From assembly GCA_001599295.1 (NCBI GenBank), contig BCGN01000009.1, forward strand, positions 310,001 to 374,000: a DNA stretch of 64,000 nucleotides, written 5' to 3'. This stretch comes from Sporopachydermia quercuum. Its lineage: Eukaryota. The notes beneath the pieces were generated by a model, which was not told where the DNA came from, ran no database searches, and saw only the letters and a list, made by a program, of their open reading frames with translations. Of this stretch, positions 51,779-63,920 are shown piece by piece. The position numbers and the translations under genes were made by a program. The first letter of the stretch is position 1. Every line of letters begins with the position of its first letter.

Positions 51779-53362
51779 TTAGAAGTAGGTTTGCTTCATA
51801 TTACCAATAGTAATACTCTTAATAACAGTGTACTCGTCGATACCATATTTACTACCTTCTCTGCCGAAACCACTCTCTTTTACACCACCGAAAGGCAAAG
51901 CGGCGTCAGAGATAATACCAGTGTTAGCACCAACCATACCAGATTGCAATGCTTCACCGACTCTCATAATCTTTTCAATATCCTTACTGAAAATATAACT
52001 GGCAAGACCAAATTCAGTGTTGTTGGCAATCTTAACAACACTCTCTTCGGATTCAAAAGGAATCAAGACAGCCAGAGGGCCGAAAGTTTCTTCAGTGTTG
52101 ATCAACATTTCCGAAGTTCCACCAGAAACAATTGTAGGTTCAAAAAATGCGGGGCCCAATTCCTTGAGTCTCTTACCACCATGGATTACTTTGGCTCCCT
52201 TGCTGACGGCATCTTCAATGTGATGTTCAACCTTATCAGCAGCTCGTGCAGCAATCAAACTACCATGTGTCACTCCTTCGTCCAAACCATTACCAATCTT
52301 GAAAGTGGAAACCTTGGCCTTGAATTTTTCAAGAAACTCGTCATAAACATCCTTGTGAATATATAGACGGTTGGCGCATACACAAGTTTGACCTAATTGT
52401 CTGAACTTGCAGTTGATGGCACCTTGAACGGCAATATCAACGTCCGCATCTTCGAAAACAATAAAAGGTGCATTACCACCAAGTTCGAACGACAACTTTT
52501 TCAAAGTAGAAGAAGCTTGAGACATCAAGATTTTACCAACTCTGGTTGAACCGGTAAAGGAAACCTTCTGGATCTTAGGGTTTTCACAGAATTCTCTTCC
52601 GTAGTCTTGTAAATGAGATTGAGTTGTTACAACATTGAAAACACCCTTCGGAATACCCGCTTGTTCAGCAAGAACTGCCAAAGCAGTACATGATAATGGT
52701 GTTTCATGGGCTGGCTTAACAACAACAGTACAACCAGCTGCAATAGCAGCTCCTACCTTTCTAGTAATCATAGCGTTAGGAAAATTCCATGGAGTAAGAA
52801 TACCGCAAACACCAACAGGTTGCTTTAAAGTGATTATTCTGTTATTAGAGTCTTTTGGTTGAATAACGTCCCCATAAATTCTAGGAGCTTCTTCAGAAAA
52901 CCATTCAAAAAAGGATGAACCATAATTGATTTCCCCCTTCGAATCAGCTAAGGTCTTACCATTCTCAATAGTTAGGATTTTAGCAAGATCCTCAAAGTTC
53001 TCCATACAAAGATTATACCATTTTCTCAATAAATTTGATTTTTCTCTACCAGAGGTATATTTGAATGTTTTGAATGCTTCTTCTGCTGCGTCTACAGCTT
53101 TCCTTGCTTCTTCAACTGAAAAATCAGGAAGACGAGCAATCACTTCACCTGTAGCGGGATTATCTACTTCAAAGGTTTTGTCACTGCTGATCCATTCACC
53201 ATTGATATAGGAAAATGGCTTGAAAAGATCAGGATTTTTAAGTCCTAATGGATTAGATGCTGAAGTTGCCATTGTTCTTGTTATGTATGTATTCCTCTTG
53301 ACCGCACTTGTTAACGCTTGGCTGCTTGCTTTACCAATGTTATTCAGTACTTTACTAAACAT
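51779..53362 (-). CDS. UGA2: NAD(P)-dependent succinate-semialdehyde dehydrogenase
   Basis: FEWFSEEAPRIYGD, TPWNFPNAMITRK, SFTGST, ELGGNAPF, GQTCVCANR and PFGGVKESGFGREGSKYG, with a presequence-like N-terminus. Confidence 0.92.
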   Translation of the reverse strand: MFSKVLNNIGKASSQALTSAVKRNTYITRTMATSASNPLGLKNPDLFKPFSYINGEWISSDKTFEVDNPATGEVIARLPDFSVEEARKAVDAAEEAFKTFKYTSGREKSNLLRKWYNLCMENFEDLAKILTIENGKTLADSKGEINYGSSFFEWFSEEAPRIYGDVIQPKDSNNRIITLKQPVGVCGILTPWNFPNAMITRKVGAAIAAGCTVVVKPAHETPLSCTALAVLAEQAGIPKGVFNVVTTQSHLQDYGREFCENPKIQKVSFTGSTRVGKILMSQASSTLKKLSFELGGNAPFIVFEDADVDIAVQGAINCKFRQLGQTCVCANRLYIHKDVYDEFLEKFKAKVSTFKIGNGLDEGVTHGSLIAARAADKVEHHIEDAVSKGAKVIHGGKRLKELGPAFFEPTIVSGGTSEMLINTEETFGPLAVLIPFESEESVVKIANNTEFGLASYIFSKDIEKIMRVGEALQSGMVGANTGIISDAALPFGGVKESGFGREGSKYGIDEYTVIKSITIGNMKQTYF

Positions 53363-54894
53363 TATTATGGCAATCAAGTTGCTTAGTATTCAAACTATAG
53401 TATATTTATATTTATAATCCTTTTCAAAATTTTAATAATCAGCGAACCCTTTCGCTTAAGTACTCCGCAATGGTTTTTTTGCCTATGTTATGTAATCATA
53501 CAGAACCTACAACTTTGAGGGTTTTCCTATTTGGATAATATCCAAATCTATACTATGTAAAGTGGAGTAGGGTTAAAAAAGGATAATTACTTTTTACTGA
53601 TTATAAAAGATTAACGAGTAAACTGCCATTCCTAATGGCAAACAGTAAATATCTGGATAATTGGTTCAATTGCATTGAAAGAATGGATTTTGGCTCAGTC
53701 GTTTATTATTCAAGATGTAGTAGAGTGTGTGGTTATGATTCCGACCTACCCTTAAGTTGGGGGTTATTCTATTTATGATGAGGTGATATTTATTGAGGAG
53801 ATTTGTGGAGAAGAGGATGAAGTACTTAACGTATTGCGAATGAATAGTTTATAGATGAATTTTCTGGGTTTGAATGTTTACTATAATTATATTATTCTTC
53901 TATGACACAATTTTCAAGCAATTCTAGAGGATGCAATTGAATAAATTAATCACAACACCTCCCCTTTGATTGACTGATCTCTAAGTCAAATACTATTTCG
54001 CAAACTTATCCCATTGAAGAACAATGTGCATATTCCTAAGTAGGTAAAAGCGACAGCAAGTATTCTACCTTCCTAAGCAATTTACTGATGTATTGGCGAT
54101 GAATATGGTGTTGGGGCTATTTGTCAATCATGCGGTTCTGAGATTTTGTATTTGACAATTTATTAATGTTAGTTGATACTAAAGGTATTTGCGGCTAGTA
54201 GTGGTAGCTAATGTTGTATTGGACATAAGGCAAGAAGGAGGTTGAAATAATTAGGTTTCCCTTATTGACATAACAAATCAAAAATACTCTCTGATCACCA
54301 GCAAACGTCATAGATCAGTAACTGACAGAAAGCTTGAATTTACCCATAGCTAAATTCTGCAAACTAGTATCACAGGAACACTATAATTAGTGACTTACGG
54401 TTAACATAATTGTCTGGTTTGACATCATCATTTGTGAGCATTTAAATGCACTCACTGAACGACTTCTGTAGCTGAAGAATTACATCGGAATTACTGTTTT
54501 AGGCCGTTAAGTAGTTGAAGGAAATCTAACGGGTAAATCAATTTGTAGGATATTATATCACATAATCAGATATTATAGGTTGCTTCTCGCTTATAATCCC
54601 TTTCCAGTAATTGTACCCGGCAATTAATAACATTAATGCACCCTTATGTAATTAAGCCATTGCATCCGAAAAGATCTCGTAAATCATCAATTAGATCAGA
54701 TAATAGTTTAACCAAAGGTAAAGAGGTCTTTGAGATGCGACAATGGTATGTTTGCTGATTCTAGTTAAATAAGAAGTGACTATGACTTTTAGTGTTTTCT
54801 TTTTCTTCGAAATCATTAATAATTATGTGTTTCACACCAGTATGTAAGTCGTTATGAATTGAGTATTCTTTGTTCCTAGCAATTATCATTCGAC

Positions 54895-56187
54895 ATGAAG
54901 GTCTTATCAATAATCACATTTGTAGAAGTAGCTGCTGCAATACATCTACCCTGGGATCAGGTGGATATCCTCATGAAGGAAAATCCTTTANCTGATGATC
55001 TTCACATGAAAAACCAAGATACACCTAAATCATTTCTAGATTCTTACTTTGGACCAGTGCTTCCAGAGTCTGTTAATAATCTTGAAGTATCAAATATCAA
55101 TTCTTTTTCTCCTGAGATACAGCTACAAAAGTCTCAATTCAACTACCCTGATCCTGATTATACATTCGATTTGCGTGAATATCTAGTAGAATTCTCCGGA
55201 ATTAGAAGCTTCGGCCATACCCCGATTGTAGACTGTTTTGATTCGTCTTTGTTTGAGAAAGAGACATTTGACATTGCAATTATAGGAGCTCCTTTTGATA
55301 CAGGTGTAACCTATAGACCTGGTGCAAGATTTGGACCGTCAGCAATACGTGATGCTTCTGCAAGGCTCGGACCTACCAAGAGTATCATCAAAGATGGTCT
55401 TGATGTATACGGTGATTGGGCAAAAGTTGTTGACTGTGGAGATGTGTCAATGACACCTTTAGATAATCGATTGGCTCTTGATCAGTTATATCGTGGTCAA
55501 CGAGCAGTTCTGAAGCATGCAACTACACAAGGTAAATCGAAATCAGAAGGTAGTACTAGATCTCCAAGAATCATAACGTTGGGCGGTGATCATACGACTA
55601 CATTATCCAGTTTGAGAGCAGCATATGAAAAATACGGTCAAATGAGTGTCATTCATTTCGATGCTCATCTTGATACATGGGATCCGACAGTTCTTGGAGG
55701 AAACTTTTCCAGCTACTCACAATTGAACCACGGAACATTTCTTCATTATGCAGCTGAAAAAGGGCTGTTAAAGGCAAATGCTTCAATCCATGCTGGCATT
55801 AGAGCTCCCTATATTGACGACCATGATTTAAATCATGATGCAGATTGTGGGTTCTCTATGATAAAAGCCAGATCAATTGACTCTTTAGGAATCCATAAAG
55901 TTATTGAGCTTATCAAAAACAGAGTGGCTGATAACTATGTATATGTTACAATTGATATTGACGTTTTGGACCCAGCTACAGCCCCTGGAACTGGAACTAT
56001 GGAGCCAGGTGGATGGTCAAGCCGCGAGCTACTGACTATTTTAGATAGTCTGACAGGCATTAATGTTGTAGGTGCTGACGTTGTAGAGGTCAGTCCTCCA
56101 TATGATAACAATGCCGCTACAACTTCTACAATAGCTGCCCAAGTTGTTGACAGTCTGTTAGGATTGATGATTCAGAAGAAGTTGTAA
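54895..56187 (+). CDS. GBU1: Ureohydrolase (agmatinase/guanidinobutyrase-like) with signal-peptide-like N-terminus
   Basis: GAPFDTGVTYRPGARFGP, GGDH, HFDAHLD, HGT, DIDVLDP..APGTGT and EVSPPYD. Substrate specificity cannot be fixed from sequence alone. Confidence 0.78.
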   Translation: MKVLSIITFVEVAAAIHLPWDQVDILMKENPLXDDLHMKNQDTPKSFLDSYFGPVLPESVNNLEVSNINSFSPEIQLQKSQFNYPDPDYTFDLREYLVEFSGIRSFGHTPIVDCFDSSLFEKETFDIAIIGAPFDTGVTYRPGARFGPSAIRDASARLGPTKSIIKDGLDVYGDWAKVVDCGDVSMTPLDNRLALDQLYRGQRAVLKHATTQGKSKSEGSTRSPRIITLGGDHTTTLSSLRAAYEKYGQMSVIHFDAHLDTWDPTVLGGNFSSYSQLNHGTFLHYAAEKGLLKANASIHAGIRAPYIDDHDLNHDADCGFSMIKARSIDSLGIHKVIELIKNRVADNYVYVTIDIDVLDPATAPGTGTMEPGGWSSRELLTILDSLTGINVVGADVVEVSPPYDNNAATTSTIAAQVVDSLLGLMIQKKL

Positions 56188-56384
56188 AAAGTTCTCCTCA
56201 ATTCACCTGCTAACTTGTTACAAATAGTTATATTAAAATCCAATTAAAATTACTCCAGAAATTTTGTACGATACACAGTAAAAAATCATACTTCAAATCC
56301 TTATCCTTTAAATAATCAAGAAGCTTTTATTTAATCTTCTTAGTAGTCTCCATCCTTATTCCAAGTAAATCATCAACTATTGTC

Positions 56385-56964
56385 TTATGACTTGCCACCA
56401 TAAGCCGTTGGTGGAGGTTGAGGTGTGGTTGATGAATAAGCACCGGACTGTAATGGAATTTCTGTTCCCGACTGCTCATTTGAGTTTTGATACCCATATT
56501 GCGGAGAGTAGTAGCTATATGGCACATTACCTTGTGGATAATTTGGGTTGGGGGCATTTGGGTTGGGAACAAAGTTACCATTACTGTCGTAATATCCAGC
56601 GTCTAGCGGATTGGCAGCCCTTGTATATTGTGGAGCAGCATTTGGATCATAAGGAGGTTGATTATGAGTTGCTTGAGAGTAGGTAGGAGGCGTCAACCAT
56701 GCAGTACCTCTTAAAGGTTTCTGTCCTCTACCAGCTCTTCGTTTATTCTTAAGACATATAAGAAAAATGGACAATAAAAATACTCCTACCACTATTGCTA
56801 GCAAAATCCATCGTCCCCAAGACCAAGCTGAACAATTTGATCCATAACAGTAATAATCTAATGAAAAAAGTTAGTTAAACAGAATAAGGAAAAAGGAACA
56901 TGTGGAAGGTAAATGAATTAAACGCACATCTTTTCTCAAGATCAATCGCTGATATTGCAACCAT
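56385..56964 (-). CDS. Rcr1/Rcr2-like single-pass membrane protein with PY motifs; exons 56964-56928 and 56857-56385
   Basis: Spliced MVAISAIDLEKR|YYYCYGSNCSAWSWGRWILLAIVVG..., followed by a basic stop-transfer, GTAWLTPPTY, PPY and AGYYD. Intron 56858-56927 GTGCGT..AACTAAC..TAG. Confidence 0.82.
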
Positions 56965-58362
56965 CTTGACCAAGCCTTCAAATTTAGTATAACCTGTATT
57001 ATTTGCTTTCCTTTTTTTAATCGATACCCCTAAAGTTGTTTACTTCTTAGTTTATACACTTGTGGTCTCAGTTACAAATGATAACAATGATGATTCCTTT
57101 CACCAGAATATCTTTTAAAACGACCAAAACTCTAAGTTCCTTTCCTTTTATATTATTTTCTTGTTGATTCCAAAATTCTCTTTCTATATATTCACAGCAC
57201 TCTTTATATCTATCTTAATCAACTTCTTTGTATTAGCTTCGTGCTGAAGAGATATTACATAGGATTGTAAGAGAAGAATGGAAAGAAATTGTGCTACCGC
57301 TACCCAAGTTAAGAAAACACACCAGACAAAACTGTGAGAAATGATGATAAAATTTGTACAGATGATATATGTACGTAATAAACAGTGGTTGGCTTAGAGT
57401 TGATGCATTTAGGGTCTTCTGGCATAAGGTTCAGATTGCAATATCATTGTGAGGAGTATATGGGGATAAACAAATGAGAAGAAAGGCCCAACTTGGGAGA
57501 TGACAAATTGCGTATACCTTCCCTTGTCACATATAATACAAGGCGTACCGCCTGAAGAAAGCTGAAATAAATAATCAAATAAATAAGAACTACTATTGAT
57601 GTAATATCGTAGCTTAATCGTGTCCGTAGTTTTCACGAGCACTATATTGTCCCAAATGGGATAAATCCGAAGAGGCTGAGGAAACTGTAGTCATTCTATT
57701 TGCATGAACCTGCGTTGCTTTACANAATAGTCTTGCTTGGTTCCTGCGCCTTCATTCAATTTGAACTTTATTCAAAACTGTCACAGATCTTCTTACGTAT
57801 AAACAAGGATTTAATTCTTTCTTCCTCTTCCTTGGCAAGAGCAATTCGTTACTTATTTTCACCAGATGTACAATCTGTCATAAGCAACATAATGCATCAT
57901 ATATAGGTAAACTATGGGTAGTAAAGACTCAAAGAGTTTTTCTTTTCCGGATTTACAATAAGCATAGGAGTTACAATTGCTTTTACTGGAAACTAATCGC
58001 TGAGTTGATTAATATGGACATGCATGGTACTGACCACGAAATTGGCAGTGTAATGTGATTTCAGTAAGAATAGCCATTAGTAGGCCAGCTGAAAATGTTA
58101 GTTATGCAAAACAATGGTACTAGGGAAAGGAAAATTGCCATATTAATTGATCAATGTGTACACTGAGTTGGATAGAAGAATGAGTCAAGGAGCCTAACGA
58201 TCATCTACCATAGATGGAGAACTACGGGAGGGAGTAGATTCATATATGCAAAATTGAAAGGGAAGAATGTATATTTCTGTGTTTATGTCTAAGAAATTAC
58301 AATGTGAGGTAATCATAAAGTAACAAGTATGGGCTATGAAATTTGAAATTGACGTAGTAGTA

Positions 58363-60489
58363 CTATGAACGACGAGTGAAAGTGAACACGATTAGAACAG
58401 AGGCTGCTAACACTAGCAATGATCCAGGTAGTAATAATTCATTTGGAACACCAGGGATCACATCATCAGTTGCAATTGACTNTTTACGTGAACTTGATGT
58501 CTTATTATCCTTTCTTTTGAGCCTACTGGGAATTCTATCAGAGTCTCTTTCGTTATCACTACCTTCCACATTTTGATCAACTGACTTATCATAATGATGT
58601 AGGATCAAATCTGCCTTTTCAAGCTTTTGTTTTCTAGATATTATGACCGCATCTATCAAATCCTGATTGGACGTTATAGAAACGAGGTCGTTGTCATCAT
58701 CAACATAAGATATAACAAATCCAGAATCCAGTTGTTTAAATTTTGGTAATGATTTGATTCCCAAAGCCACACTAGATCCTATTTCACTACCTTCTTTCTG
58801 TTCTTTGGTTTCCTCTTCCTTCGAGGGCTCATCTTCTTGGTAAATCTCATATTTACCAGGACCACCTAGAACTTCTAATTCATAAACAGTGAGTCTTTCT
58901 GTAATGGCATTACGTAAACTGAGATACCCACTTGAAGGTGCAATGGTAATTCTATGAACTCTGCCATTTGGTGACTTGAACTTGAACGGGAATGGTATAT
59001 CATGAATTGGGATACCTCCTTCAGGGATCAAACTAGTATGACTCCCCAACATTGCCCCGATTTTCAATGCCGTTGAGCTTTCGTTAACAAATGAAGCAGA
59101 ATCATTAGGCTCTAATTCCCTTCCTGATGTAAATTGAGCAATCTCAGATTGAGATATATCGGGAGGTGAGTTCAGTAGTGCTTCCTTCACATTCACATTT
59201 GAGCCAGAGTGCATAGAGTCAGAATCATTGTCTAATGAGTTCCAGAATCTATTCCAAGCAGGACCTGATGAAATATTCTCGTCACCATCAGCGGCACTTC
59301 CACCGGCATTGCTTCCTGTGAGAGAAGTTTCTTGCATGTTCTTAATTTGATTCAAAGTAGTGTTTGTAAGTTTCAAAACTTCTACAATTCCAATGACTTC
59401 TCCTTCGGCACCTTCATCATCATCGACAACTGGTAAATTCAAATAGTGTCCAGTCTGCATTTTTCTGAGTGCTGCTTGAATAGATGTCGATTTAGGAGCA
59501 AAGTCAGGTTGAGGGGTCATGACCCTAATAACAGAGCAAGTCTTAGGATCTAATCCTGCTGCAATTACTCTAAGAACTACATCCTTCGAGGTAAAAATAC
59601 CTGTGATTTCCTGTTGCTCCCTTACCAAAACAGCTGTGGTTTTGTTTTCTTTCATTAATGTTGCGGCTTCGTATACTGATGTCCTTACACCAACGTAAAC
59701 AGGTGGTTTACCATCAAGTACATGTTCTAATGTTGGCCCTTCCATCAATCTCTTCATTGTTTCAAAATATTGAATAACTTGGAAAGGCTGATCACTGAAA
59801 TTATTCACAGATAGATCGGTATTTACAGAATCAAAAGCCTCGTAAAGCTTTTTGGAATTTTCATAAACACGTTCTAGCTTCTCCATAGCTTCTTGATAGC
59901 ACTTAGTAATATCTAATACACCAAATAACTTATCATATTCGTCAAGTACAGGTAAATGGCGAAATCCTTTGGCTACCATCAAACTTAAAGCATCAGAAGC
60001 TGAAGTATCCCAGCTAGCACACATAGGGTTGGGCGTCATAATTTGTTCAATGGTAGTTCTTCTTGAATCTAAGCCTGCCCCAACAACACGGAAAGCAAGA
60101 TCCTTTGCAGTGAATATACCAAGCAGATTGTTGGGGTTATCATCAGACACAACCAAAATACAGTTTTCACGTTTTGCAGACATCAGCTGAGCAGCTTCAG
60201 CAATGCTGATGGACTGCTTACATGTTACAGGCTCCGACGGCTTAAGAGTAAGAATGGAACCTGGCTGTAATTTCTTGTACTGTCTTGAAGATTTAACCGG
60301 TGACTTTCTTTTCTTCATTTCAAATTCAATCTTTCGTCTGATCGCCTCATCTTTCTTGGTTTGACGTTTACGAGATTCAGAAATGCCAAAACCTGGTGTT
60401 GGCGTTGAGATAGGCGTACTTGTACCAGCAGATACATTTGATGATGTCTTTTTCATCTGAGGTGTTGAAAATCCACTTCTGCTAGACAT
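58363..60489 (-). CDS. CBS-domain + PB1-domain tail-anchored protein (Mug70-like)
   Basis: Four CBS repeats (GIFTAKDLAFRVV, FRHLPV, GIFTSKDVVLRVIA, YLNLPV), a PB1 domain (FKFKSPNGRVHR...SYVDDDNDLVSITS) and a C-terminal hydrophobic helix. Confidence 0.9.
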   Translation of the reverse strand: MSSRSGFSTPQMKKTSSNVSAGTSTPISTPTPGFGISESRKRQTKKDEAIRRKIEFEMKKRKSPVKSSRQYKKLQPGSILTLKPSEPVTCKQSISIAEAAQLMSAKRENCILVVSDDNPNNLLGIFTAKDLAFRVVGAGLDSRRTTIEQIMTPNPMCASWDTSASDALSLMVAKGFRHLPVLDEYDKLFGVLDITKCYQEAMEKLERVYENSKKLYEAFDSVNTDLSVNNFSDQPFQVIQYFETMKRLMEGPTLEHVLDGKPPVYVGVRTSVYEAATLMKENKTTAVLVREQQEITGIFTSKDVVLRVIAAGLDPKTCSVIRVMTPQPDFAPKSTSIQAALRKMQTGHYLNLPVVDDDEGAEGEVIGIVEVLKLTNTTLNQIKNMQETSLTGSNAGGSAADGDENISSGPAWNRFWNSLDNDSDSMHSGSNVNVKEALLNSPPDISQSEIAQFTSGRELEPNDSASFVNESSTALKIGAMLGSHTSLIPEGGIPIHDIPFPFKFKSPNGRVHRITIAPSSGYLSLRNAITERLTVYELEVLGGPGKYEIYQEDEPSKEEETKEQKEGSEIGSSVALGIKSLPKFKQLDSGFVISYVDDDNDLVSITSNQDLIDAVIISRKQKLEKADLILHHYDKSVDQNVEGSDNERDSDRIPSRLKRKDNKTSSSRKXSIATDDVIPGVPNELLLPGSLLVLAASVLIVFTFTRRS

Positions 60490-61907
60490 TTTATAAGTTG
60501 TTGGTATGTAGTTTATAACAATTATCTAACAACTAATATTTCGCTTCAAAAGAATCACAACAACGAAATATATGAGGCAACACTAGTAATTGTTCTCAGC
60601 AAGGTTATTCTTTTGTTTATTCCGGTGACACTTTTTATTTATGCAATANTAATTCACGAAACCGCACCACGCCCTTCAGATCAAATCAAGTCTGACATAA
60701 AGGAGACCATACAAGTAGCGAAAACTGTAGCTCTCTTGATCCTTAATATTGAATGAAAAGTTTGGCAAATTTCTTCCTTGGTATCTTTCTTGCTGAAGCC
60801 AAAATAACGTAATTTATATATTCGAAGATCAAGAACCCTCGCATTAGCAAGCAAAATGAAGTGATCTCCATACAAGTACATCCTTCTTTTTTGACACCCG
60901 TCTTGCATAACTGAAAAGATTTGATCAAAATAGGCAATGTAAACAATGTGACCAGGAACAGGAAGATGAAGCAAAAGGCCACCTCAATTGAGACTCAGAA
61001 GAATTGCATTTAAAGTTATCGTATTTATATGCGTTGAAGTGCAGGTTAATGCAAGGATCTCGTAAATTTAGCAAGTACTACTCAGAGATATTAGTTTATA
61101 TAGGATTAGTTCATTTTGAACTACTTTCTTGATTGATTTAAGAACAAGAAGAATACATAGAGAAAGGTATCAAGATGTTGATTATACTAAAGCAGTTTGT
61201 TTGTTTCTCTGGTTAAGTATGTTTTATTGCTATGATTCCTTAGGAGGTATTTTAAGTTGTTGGTATTCATAAGACCTACATTGATGGTTTCAGGAAGAAT
61301 GTGTAAGGTCAAACTTTCATTGATATCAACAACCTTGCAATATGATCGAATACATTCCTACTGTGTCAATGGTAGTGCTGCAATATTAGCACCGTAAATA
61401 CTTCCGCATTTCAATTTACTTTTTTCTATAGAGCTTAATGAGAATTGTTCCGATATATATATTTTAAGTTCACGTTATGTTGATATCCTTAACATGTCAG
61501 GTCTCTAAATCATCGTGCGCGATAGGAGAGGAGATAACTATACATGACTCGCTCTACGTCAAAAATCCCAACAATTGATATTAATTGGATAACACATTTG
61601 GTTCTAATCCATGTTGAATTGGTTCATTATTTTACTTTTATTAGTTAAAAATAACTACTTATTCAATGGTCATTTTTGCCTGAACTTGCTCGTGTCTTTT
61701 TTATTCTTTACTTATGAACTTATCTCATATATTACTGTTAATGATACAATTGACTATTAATTTATAACTTGAACAAAAGATTCTCGTTGAGCAGATTAGT
61801 CAGTTGACTATATAGTATAAGATCATTTGTTTAGGGAGATCTTGATAAGAAAGAACTCACCCATTGATTAAACTGATTCTCCAACCTATCATTATTAATT
61901 CTCAACA

Positions 61908-63018
61908 ATGGCAATTCTAGCACGTTTAAGGTCGTTTCCTGTAACACAGTACATATTATCATTTATTCAAGATTTTATAATCTCAATTCTTAAAACTGGT
62001 CCTATCCCTCAACATGTTGCTTTGGTTATGGATGGCAATAGGACATACGCAAAAAAGAACAATCTCCCATTAAAAGGAGGACATTCTGCTGGGGCAGATT
62101 CTCTTTCTTATATACTGGAGATTAGTTTCCGACTGGGTATAGAATGCATTACTGTTTATGCTTTCTCCATTGAGAACTTCAATAGATCTAAGCTTGAGGT
62201 TGATACGTTGTTTGATCTGCTGAGATCTAAGATTATTACATTAGCTGATGAGGAGTAAGTACTATTAGACATCAAGTATTTGCATGAGCAACCAAAGGTA
62301 GGCATTCCCTTTAGGTTACTGAAGAACTAAAATAACGACGTGTTCTAACATTTCCTTTGTAGCCAAGTACTAAAACAGTTTAATGTCAAACTCCAAGTCT
62401 TAGGCGATCGGTCCCTTCTGCCTACTGATATTTTTGAAGCCGTTGAAAGAGCTGAAAGAATAACAGCATCAAATACAGGGTAAGCACTCCAAGAGAACAA
62501 TTAGTACTTTGAATTCTTTTCTTACTAACCACTTATATAGGCACACTCTCAATATCTGCTTCCCTTATACCTCTAGAGAAGAAATAACAAGAGCCATCAG
62601 AACTACTCTAGAGGATGTAGATAAAGGTGTTATCGAGAAAGATGATATCGATATGAGTACCTTGAACAACCATATGTACACGAAAGGATCGCCACCATTA
62701 GATATAATGGTCAGAACAAGCGGACACACAAGATTCAGTGATTTNATGCTTTGGCAAAGCGATGAAGATTGCACAATTGAATTTGTCAATACCTTATGGC
62801 CAGAGTTTAGATTTTGGAGCTATTCCAAGATTCTTATCAAATGGGGTTATTATAGAACCCTAGAGTTACTGTAAGCCCTTTTGTCATTGAGAATCTATTT
62901 TGTTTTCAACTTACACGATTTATTGTACTGACTATGAATGCTAACGATTAATAGTGAAGCTGAAAAGATGCAAATAAAGAGGCCTGATTTACCCCAAAAC
63001 ATGAAAGCCGAGTCATAG
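61908..63018 (+). CDS. cis-prenyltransferase (dehydrodolichyl diphosphate synthase, Srt1/Rer2 family); exons 61908-62254, 62363-62479, 62541-62870, 62955-63018
   Basis: PQHVALVMDGNRTYA, YAFSIENFNR, LNICFPYTSR, RTSGHTRFSD and LWPEF. Three frame-preserving introns (GTAAGT, GTAAGC, GTAAGC donors with CTAAC branch points). It looks more Srt1-like by eye. Confidence 0.92.
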
Positions 63019-63074
63019 GATTAACTGATCATTAATATATACTTAATTTGATCTATGATTGAATTCTATTGTGT

Positions 63075-63920
63075 TCATTCAATTTTCTCTGATGCTCGCT
63101 TTATTGGCTTTCGTTTAAACTCTGTTGTGGAAATGACTTTCTTCTTTTCCTTCTTTGTCCTTTCTTTTACCTTCGCTTCGTCGATTCTTCTTAGATAGCC
63201 GCTGAATACAACAACTTCTGCTATTACTACNAATATAGTAGAAAATAAAACTAATAATACTCGAGCTGCAGGTGACCAGTTACCTGCACTTGAAGCGCTC
63301 CAGTACCATACGGCATACGCAACAGATCCCGCTGAAACTAAAATATTCACAATAGTTGTTAACTGGTGCCGTAGTTCTTTGGCCATTTGAGACGGCGTCA
63401 ATTCCTCTTCCGGCGTCATTGTGTCATAATTAAATCCATTTCCATTTACCATAAATTTAGACACATTGGGAATAGGTGTATCTTTGATCATTTCTTCGTA
63501 TTGTCTTTCTAAATCTGCATTACGCAGTTTCTTCATTAGTTTTTCAAACTCGGGGGTTTTCTTTTGTTTCTGTACTTTTTCCTTTTGCTTGTATTGAAGA
63601 TATGTTTCCATAATAATTTCTGCGCCTTTTAGCAGTTGCTTCAAAGAGTACTTTTCCGCACTATCGAGATCACCAGTACGAAGAACTTTTGATATTGTAG
63701 TTAGTTGAGGTATCGATAAAATCTGTTTCGATATCTCAGACACTGACTTCTCGGCTTCTTCTGAAAAGGAATCAAACTCATCCCCTTTTTCAGTTCGATT
63801 TTCTTGAATAATTATAGTTCTAACGATTATTTCATCACCAAGCCGAGGACTAGCTTTGACAATACTGTTGTAAAGCTCAAGAGCTGACTGTATTCTCTTC
63901 TTCACTACTATGTTGACCAT
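63075..63920 (-). CDS. VPH2: ER V-ATPase assembly factor Vma12/Vph2
   Basis: KTPEFEKLMKKLR...ERQYEEM and KELRHQLTTIVNILVS, two TM helices ending AEVVVFSGYLRRI, and a basic tail. Confidence 0.82.
   Translation of the reverse strand: MVNIVVKKRIQSALELYNSIVKASPRLGDEIIVRTIIIQENRTEKGDEFDSFSEEAEKSVSEISKQILSIPQLTTISKVLRTGDLDSAEKYSLKQLLKGAEIIMETYLQYKQKEKVQKQKKTPEFEKLMKKLRNADLERQYEEMIKDTPIPNVSKFMVNGNGFNYDTMTPEEELTPSQMAKELRHQLTTIVNILVSAGSVAYAVWYWSASSAGNWSPAARVLLVLFSTIXVVIAEVVVFSGYLRRIDEAKVKERTKKEKKKVISTTEFKRKPIKRASEKIE

Noticed and set aside
60681..60982. 97-aa and 79-aa overlapping ORFs upstream of the CBS/PB1 gene
   Set aside because: They have non-ATG starts, no recognisable domain, and lie in promoter context.
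61908..62874. Apparent split or pseudogenised cis-prenyltransferase (two ORFs)
   Set aside because: Three canonical introns join the pieces into one intact reading frame.
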